In this document: positions 59,616 to 64,000 of the stretch, piece by piece
Numbering within the stretch: the stretch's first letter is position 1
Layout of the letters: the number at the start of each line of letters is the position of its first letter
Assembly: GCA_035559535.1 (NCBI GenBank)
Contig: DATMBG010000003.1
Span: 1-64,000 of the forward strand
Reading direction: 5' to 3'
Origin: Candidatus Limnocylindrales bacterium
GTDB taxonomy: Bacteria; Moduliflexota; Moduliflexia; Moduliflexales; JAUQPW01
Length of the DNA stretch: 64,000 nt
Notes under the pieces: generated by a model
Databases searched by the model: none
Told to the model about the DNA's origin: nothing
The model's input: only the letters and a program-made list of their open reading frames with translations
Made by a program: the position numbers and the translations under genes

Positions 59616-60278
59616 TTAAGCTTTAGATTCCTCACCTTCTTCCTCAGCAGGAGCCTTACCTTTTCCGATAACCTCCGGCTCACCGGGTACCGCTTCAACT
59701 TTTTCAGCAATCTCTTCCGCCATCGGAGGTACGACGGTTACAATGGTTTTTTCCGGATCACTGACGATTTTAATCGTTTGAGGAACTTTAACATCCCGCA
59801 CGGCTATAAAATCCCCAATGTTTAAGTTCGAAATGTCCACCTCAATATGCGATGGGATTACCGAAGGGAGACATTCAATAGTAAGTGTCCTCATGGCAAT
59901 CTCCAGTACACCGCCACTTTCCGTGACTCCTTTCGCCTTTCCAACCAGTTCAATGGGAACTTCTACTTCAATGGGTTTATCCATAGAAATCTCAAAAAAG
60001 TCCACATGTAATACTGCCCGTGTAACCGGATCCCTTTGAACTTCTTTTACAATGGCCGTTTTTTTTGTAGCGGTATCTCCCTTCTGAATGGTTAAATCGA
60101 TCAGAACATTTTCCTTTTCTAAAGTTTTAGCTAGACTTCTGGGACTGATACTGATCGGTACAGATCCATCCGATCCTCCATAAACAATACCGGGTATACG
60201 TCCGGCTCTCCTGAGTTTTCGAGCGACTCCCTTTCCCCCGGGAGTTCTGAATTCAGTTATCAGTTCAACGGTTTCCAT
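59616..60278 (-). CDS. rplY: 50S ribosomal protein bL25/Ctc (long form)
   Basis: GKG.ARKLRR.G.IPGIVYG, EVQRDPV, HVDF, acidic tail. Confidence 0.97.
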   Translation of the reverse strand: METVELITEFRTPGGKGVARKLRRAGRIPGIVYGGSDGSVPISISPRSLAKTLEKENVLIDLTIQKGDTATKKTAIVKEVQRDPVTRAVLHVDFFEISMDKPIEVEVPIELVGKAKGVTESGGVLEIAMRTLTIECLPSVIPSHIEVDISNLNIGDFIAVRDVKVPQTIKIVSDPEKTIVTVVPPMAEEIAEKVEAVPGEPEVIGKGKAPAEEEGEESKA

Positions 60279-60377
60279 AAAATATTCGTTGGGTATTCTT
60301 CGTCTGTTGTCTTTTGTGGATTGGTTTCTCTAAAGGTTATTACAAAGAGCAATCGACGAAGAACAACACCCAAAGGA

Positions 60378-61313
60378 TTATTCAAACATTTCGCTGACCG
60401 AGGTTCGTTTAAAAATTCTATCGATGGCCTCGGCTAATAATCCGGCAATGGAAAGCACCCGGATTTTACTGCTATATTTTCCGTTCAAGGGAATGGTGTT
60501 AGTAACGACCACCTCCACCAGGTTGGAATTATCGATGGTTTCTATGGCAGGACCCGACAAAACCGGATGTGTGCAGGCTGCATAGACTTTAACGGCGCCC
60601 TGCTCTTGCAAGGCCTTCGCTGATTTTACTAGAGTTCCTGCGGTGTCGATCATGTCATCGACAATGATAGCCGTTTTTCCTCTTACGTCTCCAATGACGT
60701 TCATAACGTGGGCGACATTGGGTTCGCTTCTTCTTTTATCAATGATGGCAAGTGAACAATTCAACTTCTTGGCATAAACCCGAGCTCTTTCAGTTCCACC
60801 GGCATCTGGCGAGACAATGATGAGGTCAGGCAAATTCTTTTTTACAATATAGTCTAAAAGGACGGACGTTGCAAAGAGGTTATCGACCGGGATATCAAAA
60901 AACCCCTGGATCTGTCCGGCATGTAAGTCAATGGTAACAACTCGATCTGCTCCGGCTGTTGTGATCAGATTGGCAACCAATTTGGCGGAGATAGGGACCC
61001 TCGGCATTGACTTACGATCCTGCCTTCCATAGCCATAATAAGGAAGAACTGCCGTAATACTCTGAGCAGATGCCCGGGACAATGCATCCATCATGATGAG
61101 AAGCTCCATGAGGTTATCATTGCTGGGATGACAGATAGATTGGATGACAAAAACCTCTGAACCTCGGACATTCTCTTCAATGCGCACAAAGGTCTCCCCG
61201 TCGCTAAATTTTGTAACGGTTGCTTTTCCCAGAGGAACTCCTAAATATTTACTGATTTCTTCAGCTAAAGCACGATTTGAGTTACCAGTAAAGAGTTTTA
61301 ACTCTCCGGTCAT
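60378..61313 (-). CDS. prs: Ribose-phosphate pyrophosphokinase (start MTGELK)
   Basis: [39 protein letters not shown]. Confidence 0.98.
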   Translation of the reverse strand: MTGELKLFTGNSNRALAEEISKYLGVPLGKATVTKFSDGETFVRIEENVRGSEVFVIQSICHPSNDNLMELLIMMDALSRASAQSITAVLPYYGYGRQDRKSMPRVPISAKLVANLITTAGADRVVTIDLHAGQIQGFFDIPVDNLFATSVLLDYIVKKNLPDLIIVSPDAGGTERARVYAKKLNCSLAIIDKRRSEPNVAHVMNVIGDVRGKTAIIVDDMIDTAGTLVKSAKALQEQGAVKVYAACTHPVLSGPAIETIDNSNLVEVVVTNTIPLNGKYSSKIRVLSIAGLLAEAIDRIFKRTSVSEMFE

Positions 61314-62245
61314 TGTTTTTCTAGCCCCTGATACGTGGACTATGATAAATAGGATAAAGAAGAAATGGCAAATGACCAATTTAGCCATTTGCCATTCACA
61401 CTTCTACCACGGGCCACCGATCAGTTGCTATTTACTCTCAGATTAATTGACTGACCTTTGTAGATCTATTCAAAACTTTAGGATATCAGTCAACAAAGAT
61501 AGTAAAAAATTTTCCATCCCTTCCGGTTCCTGAGTCCAGTTTAGTTAAATACCACACTCCTCTAGAAAATTCAAGAAATTTTTCTGGTTTTCTACCCGGA
61601 TTCGAGGCAAGAGGTTTATCTGTATAAGAAATACAACTTTTTTCCCCCTTCTGCAAGTATTTTAAAACAGGTTCAGAGATCCCCTCTCATCACCTGACTT
61701 TGAGCATCTTAACTCTTTGCTTAACTTTTAAACCGCCCCTCCCCCCCAGCCCCCATACGCCCCAGGATAAGAGTGAGACCCTGAGAGGGCCCCTTTCCTG
61801 ACCTTCTCCCGCTTTACAGGGGAAAGCACTTTGAGGTGAAGTTCCCTCCCCTGTGAAACCTAACCATTACCCACATTTTTTCATTTCAGGGGATTAATAA
61901 CTGGTTTAACTGTCTTGCTGGTTGAGTAGCGAAATGCATTGAATCTCCTTCGTGAGGGAAAGATTCCTCTTTTTGCAAGGTGGGTCAACCGGGATGATTG
62001 ACCTACTAACCGTTTTGAGCCCCATCCTCCCAAATCGAAAAATGTGGGTAAAGGTAAGCCCACAGCGTGGGAGAGGGGCTAGGGGGAGGGAAGAGAGTTA
62101 CACAGAATTAACTTTACAAGGTACCATTTTTCTTGGTGAGGTTGAAAGTTGACCTTTCCTATCAATTCCTGGCTGCCCCCAACGGATCGCACTTCAGCTC
62201 AGCTTTGAATAAATGGGAGATACAGAAGGCAGGGTTAAACAGCTA

Positions 62246-62737
62246 TCAGGGATCTTGTAGAAAAGAATTTGTATCGTTCAGCAGTTCTTGGAGACCATCT
62301 CCTGTTTCGGAACCGGTTCTTACCTGTCTAACAATTTTGGCGATCTTCCAGGCACCACTTTCCTTCTTGAAGAGGATGGCAGTCCAATCTTTTCTCTCTG
62401 GACCGAGTTTTTGATAAATAGCCCGGGCCATATTCTTTTTCTTTGATACATCAATTCTTATAAATTGAGATTTCTGGGGATCCAGGTCATCTGCCGACAT
62501 CCCTTTCAGTAGTTCTGGTGTGATCTGTTTGGCCATTTGGGCATATTCAGATGTCATAACCCGCAGCGTTGCAGATACATCTCCACGTCTCGCCGATTCC
62601 AGATATTTGAGATATATCGTCTCCAGTTGCTTTGCGAAGGGGTGCTGAGGGTTCGTCGTCTTCTCCGGAGTTTGAGCTAAAGCCATGGAGAAGGGAAGGG
62701 TACTGAAAAGGGTTATCAAAAAAATTTGCAGCTTCAT
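62246..62737 (-). CDS. Hypothetical exported protein (NTF2-like fold possible)
   Basis: AGGAGG RBS; signal peptide ALA-Q; C-terminal FKKESGAWKI. Confidence 0.7.
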   Translation of the reverse strand: MKLQIFLITLFSTLPFSMALAQTPEKTTNPQHPFAKQLETIYLKYLESARRGDVSATLRVMTSEYAQMAKQITPELLKGMSADDLDPQKSQFIRIDVSKKKNMARAIYQKLGPERKDWTAILFKKESGAWKIAKIVRQVRTGSETGDGLQELLNDTNSFLQDP

Positions 62738-62863
62738 ATTTCCTCCTTGTTTAACCCTCTCCCAGCTTCAACCCACCGGAATGGAATGAAGGGGAATTTC
62801 CAGGGACTGAAACCAGGTTAGGGGCGCTTCTTTACTTGAATAGGGAGATGAGTTTTCAAACAC

Positions 62864-63228
62864 TTACTGGGTTCCGGCTCCGGAGGAGAGGGCCCATCCA
62901 AAGCCATCCCCAAACTCAGTCAGGTCTTCCATGCCGTTATGACCCTGGAACCAGAGTTGGTCGTCGGGCCCTCCATCCAGACCCGCCATAAGTCCCCTCT
63001 GCCAGCCATGCAACACGACAACTGTACCGACTTGAGGACTTGGAGAGAGGTCTTCGGCGGTATCTCCAATGGCCAGATCATTGTAACCATCCCCGTTGAA
63101 ATCCCCTGACACTCCGGCAAAGACGAAAGAATTCAAAACTACTATCCCTCCATCCCCCATAACATCTCTTTTACCATTCCTTTTACCATTGCAAAAAAGA
63201 ATGAATAAATCCGATTAAAGAATTTCAT
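62864..63228 (-). pseudogene. Frameshifted, truncated FG-GAP repeat protein remnant
   Basis: AGGAG RBS + ATG at 63228 gives MKFFNRIY...LWGMEG*. The -1 frame continues GIVVLNSFVFAG-GDFNGDGYNDLAIG...GDGFGWAL. Confidence 0.55.
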
Positions 63229-63755
63229 AATTTTCTCCTTTTCTTTATCAAGATTAATTAAAAGTTGAGTAGGTTTTAGATTTTCTAACCTTCAGTTTTA
63301 CCTGTTAGATTTAGCAGGTTCCATACCAAACTTTTAATGTCTGCGAATAGTTTATAAAAACATAGATTACGGGGACTATAAGGAGGGTCAAGCCCCTTAC
63401 TTCCCTCAAAAAATAACCTGACTTGCCCCTATATCCTCTGTTTTTTCCGAATTTCCCCTATTTGAAAAAAGGAATAGGGAAGAGTTCCTCTCGGTGCTTC
63501 TTGAATTCCCTTATAAAGAGGGCAGACCCCATTGGGGAAGTTCTAAAAAATTGTTCCAGTGTTAAAACGAGTTTAGATAGCGAAACTTCAGGGCCGGTCA
63601 TGGAAAAATCCCCGGTAAAATGGCATCGGATATGCAAAATAACCTCCCAAAAGGCAAGAATTGAATAGGGTACTTAACTACGGCTTTAGAGGCTTTTGAT
63701 AGCTTTAAACTCGAAAGAATATCGGTTCTTCAAGTTGTATCAAATTGGAATTGAG

Positions 63756-64000
63756 ATGAAACTCCTCCCTGACACCATAAAATACTTATTATATTTGCTA
63801 CTTTTCCTTATTTATTGTGAAGGAGTGTATGCAGATGATATCGTTATTGGGGCCTCGGCCGCATTTCGGGGACCTTCAAGGGGGCTCGGCATTGAACTCT
63901 ACAGAGGATCCATGGCCTATATCCAACATATCAATCAAGGAGGTGGGATAAATGGTCGAAAGATACTTATGAAGGCTTATAATGATGGTTATAATCCCAT
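63756..64000 (+). CDS. LivK-like ABC substrate-binding protein, 5' part (runs off window)
   Basis: Hand translation MKLLPDTIKYLLYLLLFLIYCEGVYADDIVIGASAAFRGPSRGLG...INQGGGINGRKI...NDGYNP. Confidence 0.85.
   Translation, partial: MKLLPDTIKYLLYLLLFLIYCEGVYADDIVIGASAAFRGPSRGLGIELYRGSMAYIQHINQGGGINGRKILMKAYNDGYNP

Noticed and set aside
61314..61700. tRNA-Gln/ispE often found upstream of prs
   Set aside because: No cloverleaf, T-arm motif or ispE ORF visible.

Overview
Bacterial chromosomal window, roughly mid-40s % GC by eye, lineage not assignable from sequence alone. I found no rRNA, tRNA, CRISPR array, integrase or transposase. Contents in order: (1) an ATG22/UMF1 MFS transporter and a GH-A-like protein; (2) a ~12.5 kb envelope-modification island with three membrane-anchored SGNH proteins, two PA14+GT-C glycosyltransferases and a large membrane-bound spermidine-synthase-like protein; (3) a TolB-like lipoprotein, then Rrf2-sufBCDSU-sufT with two visible Rrf2-type operators; (4) vWA, STAS and cNMP-ParA-patatin genes; (5) livKHMGF; (6) a DAG kinase/metallophosphoesterase pair; (7) a carbamoyltransferase-SxtJ-SxtK(DUF5989)-GT2-EamA-methyltransferase operon; (8) a beta-propeller/di-heme/CHRD protein, an orphan pilM, an ICL/PEP-mutase gene and a 1.7k-aa WD40/TPR protein; (9) tupBC behind a degenerate HD-TPMT fusion; (10) prs-rplY-pth. 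Best candidate for a new system: a 52-aa peptide missing from the ORF track (39405-39563) has DltX-like size, topology and a C-terminal FIYxxF tyrosine motif, but is partnered with a NodU-type carbamoyltransferase rather than an MBOAT. This suggests a carbamoyl relay across the membrane to SGNH transferases that decorate surface glycans (hypothesis). Second theme: many REP-like and 7-9-mer repeats, several apparently inserted in frame into coding sequences.
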